64,000 nucleotides of DNA from NCBI GenBank assembly GCA_051294905.1, contig CM119372.1, positions 21,330,001-21,394,000 on the forward strand, in the 5' to 3' direction. Below are positions 1-14,492 of this stretch, one piece after another (positions within the stretch are counted from its first letter, which is position 1; every line of letters starts with the position of its first letter). Origin of the DNA: Botryllus schlosseri. Its lineage: Eukaryota. The notes beneath the pieces were generated by a model that searched no databases, was not told the DNA's origin, and saw only the letters and a list, made by a program, of their open reading frames with translations. The translations under genes and the position numbers were made by a program.

Positions 1-1098
1 TTGTCAAAAGGTGCACATTGAGCTATGCCAAAGGTGCCGAGCTTGATTCATATTGATGCATACCAGGTGGTATTCAATCTCAGACAGGATAAGCATTCAT
101 GCACATCATGGAATGAAAATGATAGTTTTGATAAGGAAATGCGATACTAATCCTCTGTTTACTCGAACATCACGTTTCAGTAAATATCATGGTATGGCGC
201 CCTCCCAATATTATGAGGCCTGTAGTATTAGTCGAAGAGCAATACGAAGAAGTTGTATATGATACGGTGTAAACACTTTGCGCGATTAGTAAAAGTTAAT
301 ACAAAATATGGTGGATCGTAAAAATCCCATACTGTGTAGCTATATTTCCGGAAATCAAAGGCATTACCACAGTTGCTTTTTTACTTCAACATGTATGTTA
401 TCCAAACAAAGAACTGATATTAATTAGAAATCAAAGTCTATTATACTGGGAATTCAAAGTGAAATATAAATACTACTTCTAAAAAGCGGAACATCTATTT
501 CAAGTCATTAGTCCAGAAAGTTTCGAAGGTTGGTATGCTAAAACAGCTTTAAAACTAAAAAAGGTAAAATTCCACATTTCCAGATTAGGACACGCCTAGG
601 ACTGCTAAATTACGATATGATAAGTAAATGCTAGATTCCGAAATATCAGTTTCAAACGTTATGATGAGCCATAATATTATATACTGTGATGAAATATTTG
701 ATATGGCGAAGGGTGACAATGCGGTGTGAACGGAACCACGACAACCTGCTACCTAAATTATATTCACCGATACTAGCGTGAAATCATATTATAGTTACTC
801 CATATCCACTGCGCGCGAAGCGCAACGAAAGTTCTGGGCTTTACTCAAATTTTATGAAAATTGAATGTTGATGCTCCGTGAAAACAGCCCCGAAATTCCT
901 CAGGCTATCTTCCCGATTGGAGGATTAAACTACTTCTACTTGACAAAGTGAAAATAGCGAAAAGTAAGTAAGTAGATCACAGAATATTACGAAGTAAAAG
1001 TAGCGAAAATCGCATCTACTTGAGAGAGTACCAGAAGTAGAGGAAAAGTACTTGAGTACTTGGAAAAAGTAGAAGTACTTCGTTACTGACCACCTCTG
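1..1098 (-). mobile_element. MITE family A (non-autonomous hAT, TIR CAGAGGTGGTCA), partial
   Basis: Ends gttactgaccacctctg; reverse-complement copy of 2084-3429; truncated by the window edge. Confidence 0.9.
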
Positions 1099-4020
1099 CT
1101 GTTCTCTCAAAGCCGCTCACAATAAAGGAACGATGAACTACTCTCTCCTATTCATCAATTTACCGAGCAAGCGGAGCGAGCAACTTGGCGAGTCGCCCTG
1201 TAAGTGTTATGTAGCAATGGTATATATACCTGAACTCTGTTACCGTCCTTTGCGTTGAGTCGACCTTTGCTGGTATAAGTCGATTTGACAGTGTTTCACA
1301 GCATCATAATTCTTGAAACTGGGTATGTCATGTCGTGATGGTGGTATTTAACACTGCTCGAAGTTTCAGAGCAGCTACGTAAAATTTAGGGTAGTAATTT
1401 CAATTTCATAGTTGACTATGTGCTGATCCGTCATGTATAGCGAACAGATTTTACTGCATTGATTTTGACGATGTTCCATACCGATACCGAGATCAGTCAT
1501 GACATTTGGCAGTGTAAGTCTTAATGTTAGTATCCAACGCTCTACCAAGTTTCAAGTTTATCACTGAACTATGTGGGTGGTAATTTCGTTTCCTAAGCCG
1601 AGCGAGCTAACTCGCCATTTATCGCTAACAGATTTTACGCAAAACCGGTATTGGTCTCTATTGATTTTAACGATGCTCCATACCTAGATCGATCATGAGC
1701 ATTTGAACTGTATGTCTTGATTTTAGTATCGACCGATGTGCTAAGTCCCAAGTTTGACATTCAATGATGAGGGCAATAATTTCGTTATCGACGTAGACTA
1801 TATGGTAGAAATGTACGTTGATCTGATATATAGGCATAACCACCGCATTGCGGATTTCACGGAAAAGCCGCGGTGTTGGTCTGTGCTAATTTTAAATGTG
1901 TTTCATACTGAGATGATGATCACATGAAACAGTTTACTGAGATTTTTGGCTTGCATTCGAATATGTACTTTATTTTATATTCTCCAATGTCAATTTCACC
2001 GTGAAATTGTGGCCTCCAAGCCATTTGCTTCCATACCCCTGTCAAGCGCGATAGGTAGTTCGTTTTCGATAACGGCTATTCCTCAGAGGTGGTCAGTAAC
2101 GAAGTACTTCTACTTTTTCGAAGTACTCAAGTAGTTACCCTCTACTTCTGGTACTTACTCAAGTAGATCTGATTTTCGCTACTTCTACTTCTACTTCGTA
2201 ATATTTTGTGATCTACTCACTTACTTTTCGCTATTTTCAGTTTGTCAAGTAGAAGTAGTTCAATCTTTCAATCAGGAAGATAGCCTGAGGAATTTCGGGG
2301 CTGTTTTCAAGAAGCATCAACATTTAATTTTCATAAAAATTGAGTAAAGCCCAGAATTTTCGTCGCACTTCGCGCGCAGTGGATACGGAGTTACCAGTAT
2401 GATTTCACGGAAGTATCAATGAATATAATTTAGGTATCGGGTTGGCGTGGTTCCGTTCACACAGGGATATCTAGAATTAGATATCTAGATATCCCTGCGT
2501 TCACATCACATTGTCCCCCTTCGCCCATATGAAATAATTCATCACAGTATATATGGATCATCAAAACGTTTGAAACTGATGTTTCGCAATCTAACATTTA
2601 CTTGTCATATCGTAATCTAGCATGTCCATGGCGCGTTCTAACCTGGCAAAGTGGACTCTGATATTTTTTGTTAGTTTTAGGGCTGTTTTAGCATACCACC
2701 ATTGAAACTTTCTGGACTAAATGCATGAAAAACGTGTTCCGCTTTTAGAAGTAGTATTTATGTTTTATTTTCAATTCCCAGTATCATAGGCTATACTTTG
2801 AGTTATAATTAAAATCATTTCTTTTGTCTGGATAACATATATGTTGAAGTATAAAAGCAAGTGTAGTAATGCCTTTAATTTCCGGAAATAAAGCTACACA
2901 ATATCGCATTTTCACGGTCCACCATATTTTTATTAACGTTTACTAATCGTGCAAAGTGTTTACACCGTATCCTGTACAACTTCTCCGTATTGCTCTTCGA
3001 CTAAACTACGGACCTAATAATATGTGGGATGGCGCCATACCATGCTATTTTCTAAATCGTGCTGTTCGAGAAAACAGAGGATAAGTATCGCATTTACACA
3101 TCAATCCTATCATTTTCTTCGCATGATGTGGACGAATGCTTCTGCTATCGAAAATAGGATACCTGCTGGCATGCATCAATATGAATCAAGCTCGTCACCT
3201 TTCGCATAGCTCAATTTTCACCTTTTTACAATCCATGTGAACGAATTAGGATCGTTTTCACAACTACTTACTTACTTGAGTACTTTTAAAGTCAGTCAAT
3301 TCTACTTCTACTTCAAGTAGTTTTAGTGTGCTTATGGAAGAAGTACTTCTACTCGTACTTGAGTAGATTTTTTCGTCGCTACTTCTACTTCTACTTGAGT
3401 AGCTTTCTTGATTACTTTGACCACCTCTGCTATTCCTCAATATATTTTACACAAAATTTGCTGTTTTACGCAAGACTCGGCCATTATCAGCCTGGAAATT
3501 GTCAGTTGATCTAATCGTACGCGGGATGAAAGCTCACTCTTGCCTTTTCCCAACGTATTTCAATAAAAAATCAATGGCTGACGTATAAACGAGGATAACG
3601 ACGCCTTGTTATACACGTTTACACTGCTGGTGCCAGGGGCAGTGTCTCTATAGTTCGACCGAAATTTGGTATCGTGATCTGAAGCATGTGGTCTACTGCA
3701 TACGGTGTCTCGATATTATCCGATGGTCGACATTGCTCGACTCGAGTTGACTTGACTTTGTTTATATTCCAATACGTCTCTTTCCGAAGTAGTCACCACT
3801 TGTGAACTTTTAAAATTCCTATAGTTGAAGAATCGCTTTCTATCAACTTTGCTGCAGTAATTATGCTCGATGCGTTAGATGTGCTCGCGATTCTCAACGC
3901 TCTCATTCTGGGTATTCCAGATTTCCAGATTCCAGATTTCCAGATGAACTCGTGAACTCATTGAACATTTTGCAACTATGAAATCACGACGCTCGCAATA
4001 TAGGCCTACTGATATAAACG
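1099..4020 (+). mobile_element. Older, internally deleted relative of the 30064-35511 hAT element
   Basis: 1099-2083 aligns by eye to ~30323-31115 and 3430-3460 to ~31135-31170; 3707-4020 is a degenerate copy of transposase 3' end 34190-34590 (cgacattgctcg..., ttgaacattttgc...aaatcacg). Interrupted by a family A MITE. Confidence 0.8.
2084..3429 (+). mobile_element. MITE family A, full length
   Basis: TIR CAGAGGTGGTCA; TSD CTATTCCT on both sides; subterminal TACTTC/AAGTAG repeats. Confidence 0.95.
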
Positions 4021-4689
4021 TTAAAACGTGCAGGTATGAACTACTTTACTTCATATTTATATTCGAATAATTTGAAATACCTAAGCTATGTTAACCATGC
4101 CTAATGTCCATACCCCATACAAACTGTGTGTGACCACCACATTCACGTCGTAATACACTATTATGACGTCAACCTCCATCACTTGAGATTCTGGAGTGGA
4201 TCTCGGTCGGTCTCAAACCCACAACCAATTGGTGTTGTAGCTGTGGATTATACCACTACGCTATCTCGTAGAGTGTAAAATAGTGTCAAAACTATAATTT
4301 TAGCTAACAAATTATCTATTAGCTGTAACAAGCGCATCATTTCAGTGCCGGTACTCGAAAAAATCATCTTTCACTACTCGGCTCGAATCACTAGAATCAA
4401 CACTCGATTCATATTTGGATACTCGATTCATGGTGCCAAGTCCTCGTCGTGACTTTCTTTGCTCTTCTCAGATATTTGTTGGTAAGAAAATATAGGGGGA
4501 AACACAGGTGGGAGCAGCGTATAATAAAGTGGCGAGCTCTCAAGTGCCAACACTCTCTTTGGTGGTTCCAAACCTGAAAGCTTATTTTTCCAAGCTATCA
4601 GGCAGAAGCATAAAAACAAAGATATGGATTTTGCAACACTTCGATGAACTGGAGCCTCCGGGACCTTTGTGTCATAGCCTAACTCTTCA

Positions 4690-4900
4690 ACACGATTTCT
4701 GCTAGCAAGCATTTTTCACTCACGCAAAATATGTTGTATATTTTGGATAAGAGTGCTGGATAGTTCTTATAGACCTGGTCATCCAAGCACCAGAAGTTCT
4801 TGTGTAAATCCAACAACTTACTTGGCCGAAAATGGCTTTTCTGCACTACAGTTGAAAAGAGTTGCCTTTTTGATGAGACATTTGATAGCTCGAACCTGTA
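4690..4900 (+). pseudogene. Decayed Buster/ZBED8-type hAT transposase C-terminal fragment
   Basis: FWIRV...PTTYLAENGFSAL resembles the FW...PTTYLCESGFS motif; frameshifted. Confidence 0.6.
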
Positions 4901-7900
4901 GCCTAAATGCTGCACATGTGAACAGTAAATTGTTAAATCTCTTCATTTAATTTCGGTACAACAATTTCCGGTTGGTTCGTGCGGATAAAATATTGTTTGA
5001 AAAAAGTGCGGATGGTTGAAAAGCAGTACTCTGGCATGTAAACAAAGCAGCTTCCACGAACACATCTTGCTGTAAGCGCGAACTCAGGACATGTACCTTA
5101 TCATGGTTAAATCATAAGAACATATGCAACTATATTGACTCGAGTTTATTCCACTCCTGCGTGCGCTTACATGCTTACGTGTCGCACATTTCTTGAAATC
5201 TTTATGGCGCTTGAAAGCAGGTGCTCATATAATTCGTTATCTGATGATTCTAAAAACCGTCTTGCGCAGCGTTCAATACATTATCTTGATGCTATTCTAG
5301 AAATCTTATATTGGCTCGATGATAAACGCGTACAATATATCACATCATATTCTCGGCACAACTATACCAAGATATCACAGACCTGATGCAGTCGTTTTCT
5401 GGGCCTGTATTGCGAGGCGAAATTCTGCGTACCATCGAAGAGTCATTAACACGAAATGATTTGAAAAAAATTGAGCAGTTGCCATTGGAAGATACCGGCT
5501 AGTAGCCTATGCCCCATATTACCAATACGGTGTCTCCTCTATAACAAATTTATTTGCACTTCGCAGCGTGTAGCAAAGAAACCGACCTGATGCGCGATAC
5601 AAATACGCGGAGAGATGATTTTAGATTAACCTAGGATCCCAGAATCCAAATTTTTGAGGCATCGTGAGCCCTCACTGCGAAATAACAATTAGGAACATTA
5701 AATTTGATCACATGCGGGTCGCGTGTGAAAACTTAATGATCTTGTATGACATCTCAATCAATGAGAAAATGCAATATGATGAAGAGGTTACGCAAGCGCG
5801 ACAATGTCATGCCACAATACATGGGTCGGCAACCTTACGTGCGCAGCAGGCCAAAATATGTCAATTTCGAAAATATTACCAACTGGCGTGCCAAACATTT
5901 TTAGTTTTGTCATATTTATCGTGTCAAGCAAGGAATTCTACTAAATTATGGGTCGCGAAAGATATAAATTGTGATTGCTACCGCACCAGAGCTCTCATTT
6001 AATGTACGTAATATTTGCTTAATTAATTGCAAAAAAATCTATTCCTGCTAAGATCGGCCTTCTGTGGTTAATTTTGTAGTTTCCAAATCCACTGTGTTCG
6101 GTACCACAGTCAATAAGTGACACGCGCACCAACGTTGTTGCGACGGTATGGCTTGATCACGAAAAATGTGCCCACCCCTGTATCATACAATCGGTTTGAT
6201 AACACACTATAGGTTTGTCTGCAAAGCTCTAAAGATCGCGGCAAAGACTGTCAAAATAGATTGGAATCGCTTACACCAGTGGTTATTTACCTTGCCTCCA
6301 GCGCCCCCAGGGGGTGATTTGGGTTTTGATGGAGGGGCCCAGGGCGATATGGGGGCGCTGGGCTCAGGGGGGCGATATGGGGCGAGCGCCGAAGAAAAAT
6401 GACTTCGCAGTAGATGGTGCAGTGGTAGTAGGACATATCATTATTGAGTTTCAGTGCAAATTAACAAATCTCAAAATTTTTGGACGCGCTCCGCGGCGAT
6501 GTTTGCTACATATGTTTTCATAAATGTAGTGGCTTATTATAATTCAAATAAAATGAATTGCGCGTAGGCGTACTTTTAGATCGCCAATTTCCCGTTAAAA
6601 CACTGCCGTCACGCTTGCCAGGATTATTTTCAACAAAATGTTTCGAACTACGTATTGTATAGGCCTACTGCAGCGCACAGCGTGTTCAATTCGAAGTCCG
6701 AGGCACTGTGTATCACTTTGATAGAACCCCTTGTACATTAAATATGCTTTGAAGCTTAGTGGACAAATTGATTAACTAGATATACTTGTATTTGAGAGCT
6801 GCAAAATTAAATCATCAGACTGTTTCGTCATCGTATCATGAAGGATGATACTATTTAGTGTTGTAGTGGTCCACAATCTCACATGAACGTCATATAATAC
6901 GAGTTACTTTATTTAGAATACATTCATGTTAAAATTAATAACTTGGTGCAGTACTAAATTCAATGTGAGCAGATATCTCCATAACATACTCAGTTGACTT
7001 ACTATATAGCCACACAACGCACTAAAACAAAACCCAATACAATTAATTTACCCCGCACTGCCAATCGCAAATGTGAATCGGGATGTGTACATCTGGTTCG
7101 AATCACGTGGTATAAGCACGTACCCGATGGTTGTTATAACAACCTTGATTTGACCCCGAATATACCTCATATAATTATTATATCGTATAGTAGTCGAGTG
7201 ATCCTCGGGCGCGATTGAAGTGCAATATGTTTCCAATAGTAAAGTTTCAACCCGAAAAGACTGACCGGACTTTGACCTTTTACTAGGACCGTAACTGCTG
7301 CACCCCAAACCCCCCAATTGTGGTGTCCCGAGAACAAATGGGGCCCAAAATTATTTCGGTGAAGGAACAGAAATTATACATCATTTTGGACCACTTATGC
7401 AACTTCGTTCATTTTTTTCTGCACTCGATTTCCCGTTGCCAGGATTTTGATTATTGGGTACTCTTCCCCCACGAAAAAATACCCATAATCTATAAAAAAA
7501 AAAATAGAAATAGGCCTTTCGGCGTCGGCCATAACCACGCCACGATGCACGAAGACAAAGACATATGAAATCTGGGCCGATATGGGACTATACGAGAAGT
7601 GTGTCAAAAGGTCTGTGAGAAACCTTAGCCGAAAAGGATTGTCCTTATGCTGACCGTTAACTCCGTTATAAAGATGTCTAGTTGTCCATAGGTGCTTAAA
7701 CGGCTCATGCCAAATTATCTTGTCATGGAAATCTGAACCCCACAGGACAAATAACATCCCTCAGAAAAAAATTATTTGCCAATGAACAAACACCAATTTT
7801 CAATCGAGTGTTTATTTTAGTTCAGTACATTTATGCAATTACAATATCTTTCGACTACATAGCAGACAGGAGGCCACAAAATAACCACATGTACCGAAGT

Positions 7901-9048
7901 CATTGCACCAACGGCCCCGTCCGAAAATGTTCAATTAATAATTACGTGCCCTACATTTTCCAAGACATAGCCTACCTCACTCAGCGCTACCGGTAAATCT
8001 GATTACGTGGGCTGAGAGGATAGAAAGATTATAGCGATATATTACCAATATTCTTGACCGATTCATTCATGCATTATGGAAAATTGTCGCGGCTTGCGCG
8101 ACCAGGGCACATGAACTTTACTGACCAACGAATACTCGCGACGGGGGTTTGTTTGTTTGTTTTGGGGTATTCATGGTGTTTGTCGACTACTGTGGTCATT
8201 TACACCACACCGATATTCTTCTTATTTTCCGTAACTGCCGACTTATAGCGCGGCCCACCTCTAGGCTTTTGTAAGACACAGCTGACGCTGATCAGGTGGC
8301 GAGTAGGAGCCTAGGTAAACCTCCAACACTTAGGTATCGGAATTTTTAAAAAGGGGCAGTGGAGGAAAAAAGGTTAAGAACCAATTGCTTACACGTACCA
8401 GACGAATCTAGAATAAAATCTTATTTCCAAATTCGCATTTCGTTGCGGGGCTCATTTGCACCAGTGGCTCAGACAGGAACTATTCGTCGTCGGCCAATTC
8501 GACGTCTGGACATATCAATATCGATTTTGTTGGCCAACATGCGACGGTTATTTAATTTCAAGGTTTTATCGCCGCCAAGCAGTTTATGAGCGCACTTCAC
8601 GGAGTCACCTGTTTCCACAAACAATGTCTTGGTGTCTCCTAGCTAAGGAACACCCAGAGTGTCGAATTCGAAATGCCGGTCTCTAAAAGTCGCGCTTCCA
8701 CAGGCGACACAAAGCGCACCCCTAGACTTAAGTATCCCATCGGCCACATACGATATTATCTTGCCAACCTCTTATAATTGCAAATACGTTTGAAGATATT
8801 GCGGTATACTAAGCATATTTTTTATTTTTTCGATGCATTGTTTGAGGGTCATACACATTAAAATCAAATTGCAATAAATGCAATATGCAATAAAATGAGA
8901 ATGCAATTGCGAATGCAATAAATCTCGCTAAGCGCGGAGAAAATTTTCAAGATAAATAGAACCTGCTCCAAAAGACTCTACTTTATATTGATTCACGAAA
9001 TAATCTTTGCCCACCTTCGAGCTCTCTCCATTTTGAAAACTTCTGTTG

Positions 9049-10705
9049 GGTTGCATTTAAAACAAATACCGTAGTTGTTTAAAACACTTTGTTTAGAACA
9101 TGTCTTAAACAGTGTTTTAAACAAAGGCCTGTTAAAATATGTGTTTTTTCAGTTGTATAATTATGACAAAATTGTGCAAATACAAATTGCGCCACGGACG
9201 ACGATTATCACCCGATAAAGACGACGTATACGATATGGGATGTTTGGAACCATTGAAATAGTCGGTTCAACAGCTATAGTACGTAGATATAGATCATTGG
9301 TCCGGAATGAATGTGTTGTTGTTGTTGTTGTTGTTTTTATTAACTCATATAATTGGCGCTTGCAACATCGTGGTTATTTGCGCCCACACAGTGAATTTCA
9401 TACATTTCATAATGGCATGTCTTCTTGAACTTGAGTCTTTTTTCGGCTCATTTGCTGCCTTCTTTCAAGAGTTCGGCTCTCTCTTCGTCTGGGCTTTTCA
9501 ATGCGCTGTGTTACAGCGGGATCGGCGATGAGGAGCCCAGATAAACCTCCGACACATAGAAACATGGCAGAGCCGTGACTCGAACCACCAACCATTGGTG
9601 TCGTGACTGCAGTGTTTAACCAACTGCGCCACTCGCTTCCCCAATGAATGTGTTGATGATGATGACAGTAAAAATGCTGCAAGGTAGTCCTGGTTAAAGA
9701 TATTTTTGGTCCGTATATGACAGGGGTTGGAAGCCTATTTCGTCAAACGAGCTATATATTTACCCTACATTTTCAATCGTGAATACCAATCTATTATGAC
9801 ATCACAATTGACTATGCATGACGTCATGACATAGAATGAAAATTGTTTTAAACATGTTTGTTTTAAATTGATTTTTGTTTCAAACACAACTCTAATTATA
9901 ACATGTGGTGTGTGTCAATTCATTTGGCCTGCCATGAAAAACCATCTCGCGTGCCACAATTGGCACGGGTGCCAGTGGTTGCCGACCCCTGCCATAAAAT
10001 GAACGAAAACGTATATGGCGAAACAACTCACTAAATAGATACGTTTTTTCATGGAAATTATTCATTCGAAATACATTCAGTTTGTTTCTAAGCAGCGAAG
10101 AGCCACAGCAGATGCGTGAAACAATCGTATACGGCTTGCGAGTCGCCGGTTGCCGACCCCGATGCTAGACAAATTGACATATTGCACGACGTCCGATTAC
10201 GATAATTGTACTGAATATTACTGAAGTAATATAGTAACAAATCAAAAACACATAGCTTTTCAGTTTTCAATGATGAACTATGCATTTTATATAGGGTTGC
10301 ATTTAAAACAAACGGTGTTTTAAATCACTTTTTTAAAACATGTTTTTAGCAGTGTTTTGAACAAATGTTTTTAAAAAAAAAATTGTGTTTTTTTGAAGTT
10401 GTAAAATTATGCCATAATTATGTAAATACTTTCCAAAAAACATGTTGTATGAACATACGGACAATTACCACCCGATATAGCCGACGTATATCGATATGGG
10501 ATGGTTGGAACCCTCAAAATAGTCGGTTCAACAGCAATAGTACAGATATTTTGTCACGGAGCTATAATTACCCTATATTTTCAACGGGCAATTTCAATCC
10601 ACTATGACTATGTGGTCACAATTGAATATTCGTGACATCATGGCTAAAAAAACATGTTTAAACAAGGGCCTTGTTTTAAATTGATTTGTGTTTTAAATAC
10701 AACCC
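9049..10705 (+). repeat. Two adjacent copies of MITE family H (GGGTTGCATTTAAAACA...TTTAAATACAACCC)
   Basis: Copies at 9049-~9893 (interrupted by (GTT)n and a SINE head) and 10292-10705. Confidence 0.75.
9510..9643 (-). mobile_element. tRNA-derived SINE head (related subfamily)
   Basis: TGGCGCAGTTGG A box and GGTTCGAGTC B box; second copy at 19033-19137. Confidence 0.7.
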
Positions 10706-10800
10706 TTATTGTAAGTAGAGCCTACCTCAGTTCTGTAGCGATCTCGTTTTTCGATTTGCCATAACTTGGTGTCTGTCTGTATGAGACAAAAGTCCATAAA

Positions 10801-10806
10801 TTTAAT
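10801..10806 (-). promoter_or_regulatory. Candidate polyadenylation signal (ATTAAA) of lectin gene
   Basis: tttaat on + strand, about 40 nt downstream of the stop codon. Confidence 0.35.
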
Positions 10807-10844
10807 GATCTCCGTTTTGCACTCGGGATAATTTTTTCATTCTT

Positions 10845-11109
10845 TTACGCAATTGGTCTTTCGCACATGGCTGAATACAGACCTGTACATGAGGCGTCTG
10901 CTAGCCCGACTACCGTTCCAATAGTCTGAAGCCAAGCCATGCAGCCCTCCCTTATCCCTAGGTTCGGCTCTCCACTCGCCCAGGCTGTGATATCTTTCGT
11001 ATCTAACACTACAGAATCTTGGAAGATCCACGAGTTTTCGGTGATGGCGTCTGATCCACCGACGAAGTAAAGCGTACCGTCAGGAATCCTCATTGCAGAT
11101 TTGTCGAAA
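10845..11109 (-). CDS. Terminal exon encoding C-terminal half of C-type lectin domain (EPN motif)
   Basis: tcttcaatctttcAG| phase 2, matching the previous exon; (S)FDKSAMRIPDGTLYFVGGSDAITENSWIFQDSVVLDTKDITAWASGEPNLGIREGCMAWLQTIGTVVGLADASCTGLYSAMCERPIA*; W..GEPN...C, LAD in place of WND, terminal CE. Confidence 0.9.
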
Positions 11110-11872
11110 CTGAAAGATTGAAGACGAGTGTCAGGTCCATTTTCGAAGGACAGGGCGCTCTCTCATTCAATGCATGGGCCTGTTATACCAGTGTGTGGGT
11201 CAAGTCATGATAGTGAATAGTGAACAGAATCCACTAGGGATGGTGTGACCATGAGGTTCACTTCACTATATGCATGGCGCTGGCAGCATAAAAATATCAA
11301 TACTTAACGCGCATGCACCTTGACAATCTCAAAAATCCTACTTGCTTTGTTACAACAGGTTGCTCGAATATTCAGCTTTCCTTTAGTGAATATTTATAGT
11401 GACTCTCTGTTGTGAGCTTGACGAGCTATGACGCAACATCAATAACGAAATACACTACATGTAGGTAGTCCGCGAATGATGCTCATTCAACCAATCAATG
11501 AAATTGATAAAACGAATACATCTTTGTCAAATGTAAGAATGTTGCAGGCCTACGGGATCCATCTTGATTTGATTTGTTTATTGTATCATAAAAACGAAAT
11601 CAGTGCGATTGGGGTGGTGGCCAACTTGTTTATGGGGTAATATCGGCAGCAAGTATATCAATGTAGCAATGTCAATGTAGCAAAAGTCATAACGTTAAGA
11701 CGTAAGCTTATGTTCGAATATTCCCTTACAATTCAGCATCGAAATTGATGCCAAAGTGACGGAAGATGTTGATTTTATAGGATTATTATAGGATTTGTTT
11801 GCTCCAGTTGACACATTTCTTGACGTTTAAAAAGTCAGCGCTGAACATGTACTTCAGCATTGTGGCACAATG

Positions 11873-12804
11873 CAGTGTTGGGATGACTCGAGTCGCCTTT
11901 TTCGTATGACTTGACTTGACTCGAGTCACTTGGCTAACATGACTTGACTTGACTCGGCGTATCAGAAATTTGGATTGACTCGTGACTCGCAGCAAAATTC
12001 ACGAGTCAATTTCAAGTCATCAAGTAATCGGTGTCGATAAAATTCACTGTATTTTGCATATGGTCGGATTGTTCGCGAAATTCTGGTGTAACCTGTGAGA
12101 GCGACCAATCATTCAATGATCGTGCGTTTTACTGAGCCTCCATTGTTCTCTCACACATAAATTGACCGCAAACGAAGTGATCCAAGCTTACAGCTTACGT
12201 TGTCGTAAACTAGTATAGTAAAATAATTCAATAACATAATGTACATTTCTATTCTCTGTTCTTACCCTAACCAAACCTCTTGTTTTATTGAAATCGAATT
12301 CGAATATAGTTTATATAGTCCTCAACCATTGGCGCACTCTCGAATTGTATCATATCAATTTGTGAATGGGTAATGTAGTGCATCTTATCAATTCGTTTCT
12401 CTATTCTCTATTTTGGCAGGTAACTATAAACTGAGGCTGTAAAATTACTTCCGTAGTTCGGCAGTGCTACGTATATTTGAGCGATACAGCGCTTTCTTGC
12501 GTGTATATTTAACTATATATTCTTTCATAGGTTCAGAATCAATGACCACTAAATCTGTAATTCAGACAGCTAGCAAAATACAATGACGTAATCATGCCTC
12601 ATACTTCAAAAAGGCAACTTGACTTGAATTGTGACTTGACTCGTGACTTGACTTGACTTGACTCGAGTCACCTCCAAAAATCGAGTGACTTGACTTGACT
12701 CGAGTCACCTTCCAAAATCGAATGACTTGACTTGACTCGAGTCAAAATGTGCAATGACTCGAAATGACTCGTGACTCGAAGATAGTGACTTGATCCCAAC
12801 ACTG
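11873..12804 (-). mobile_element. MITE family E (TIR CAGTGTTGGGAT; GACTCGAGTC / GACTT arrays)
   Basis: Perfect TSD GCACAATG; inserted in a family G element. Confidence 0.92.
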
Positions 12805-13216
12805 GCACAATGTGAGTTGAATCGTCGCTACGTATCGTACAACTGAAATGTACGGTTGGAAATAACAATATGTCGTCACGTGACGTCATAGGTTCACGTT
12901 CGCGTTTACACAGAACCTTTCAAAAAGGTTTGCGTTATATGAAAAGCGCAACTAAAGATTCAGAGATTTGATGAATTGGTAGAAGTAAAAATTGCAACGG
13001 TAATTCAGGAATATATAAAATTCTAGTTCCACTGTACTACTATATCTTCCAAGGGGATCTATTACACTACTGCTACGACATTGTTCTTTGGCGCCCTTAG
13101 CGTCCCAGCCCCCACATCACCCCGAGTGCATCCGCCCCTTCAAAATCTAAATCCCACCTGGCGGGCGCTGGCGGCCAGGTTAAGAACCGCTGTTATAGAT
13201 CATACTGTAACTAGAA

Positions 13217-14492
13217 CCGTGCTTCTCAACTTATTTCAGTTCGCGAACCACTTTTCATCCAAATTTCATTGCGTCACCCACCATACTCCCTTTCGAGACT
13301 AACGTTTTAACCATTGCATGTGGGGTCTAGTTGTCATGTTGTCAGTGTGTTTCAGTTATTTGGTCGCCCTGGCATGAACATATTCCGGAATTCATGATTG
13401 AATTCGGTCAATGATATTGGGAAATGCATATATTACTACAAATTTTAGTTCTCTCTTAGCCCAGGTGATCAGATTTACTAGTAGATCTGAGGGGGGAGGT
13501 GGTGTATTTGAGAATCTCGGCCACATAAATAATTATTAATAATTGGATTTTCGGACGGGCCCGTTGTTAGTAGGCCTAATTACTTGATTCCAACTTCTTG
13601 TGTCTTGGTGTGTCGTGTCGCGGTAATGGCCGACACCGAAATGCCTATTTCTATGGCTTATCCATTTTTTTATTAGAGGGAGATGTAACCATATTGAATT
13701 CAAGACATCTAACGGTGTTAAATCGCGCAAGGCGAGAAGAAAATTTGCATAAAGTCGAGTAAATCTCAAAAAAATATACTCCATAATTGAAGTTGACTGA
13801 TGAGATCATTTTCGCCTAGCATTCGATCCCCTTAAAATTGAGGGTTTTGGGTGCGGTGGTTACGGCTCTGTCTGTAACAAATGATTACAAACGAGGAGGG
13901 TCATCCGAATTGCGTAAGCGGTGTTTCAAAAAAGCCTGGGAGTGGGCCATGCTCCAACTCGGCAGATGCGAAATCATAATAAAGAATAGATATCGGCCTC
14001 GCGTAACTGACCATGACCATTGTAGCCGAAAAATATCATGGATAATGCAAACACCAACAATAGAGAAAGCGCGTATCCAATCAGTAATTTGACTTTTATT
14101 GGAACACAAAGTGGTTGTGAGTAGCTTGCCTAACGGCAAATCGGGCTGGATGGCTGCATTTCCCTATCAACCTTCGCAAAGCCTTTGACGAAATTAAAGA
14201 ATTCCAATTCTCAAGCATTCACAATAACGCACTGTCCGATTTCACGTTCCCACCAAAATGACTGTCACGAAAACCTGCCTTATGAAATATTGTAAGCACG
14301 AAAACGTGGCTTGTGGCGCTTATGGACGCACAAATAATATAATTTGAGGCAAAGAACGTGTATTTGCCCGTGTAATCTTGATAAGATGAGGTGTTTGAAA
14401 TATTTGGCAAAATTAGTTCGATACTTTAACATTTCGATATTCTTGGCGACTCACCAGAAATAGCTTCGCGACCCACTGGTTGGGACGTATTG
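13217..14492 (+). mobile_element. Degenerate Buster-type hAT element with nested family C piece
   Basis: Decayed TIRs; TSD AACTAGAA/AACTAGTA. Confidence 0.6.

Noticed and set aside
53..3514. Recurrent 60-155 aa ORFs in family A, B and E copies (e.g. 53-262, 3024-3209, 23418-23615, 59075-59542)
   Set aside because: They recur only because the MITE is repeated; frames are not conserved between copies.
11881..12790. Regular GACTCGAGTC/GACTT arrays that look CRISPR-like (also 27770-28770)
   Set aside because: No constant repeat with unique spacers and no cas genes; these are subterminal arrays of TIR/TSD-bounded MITEs.
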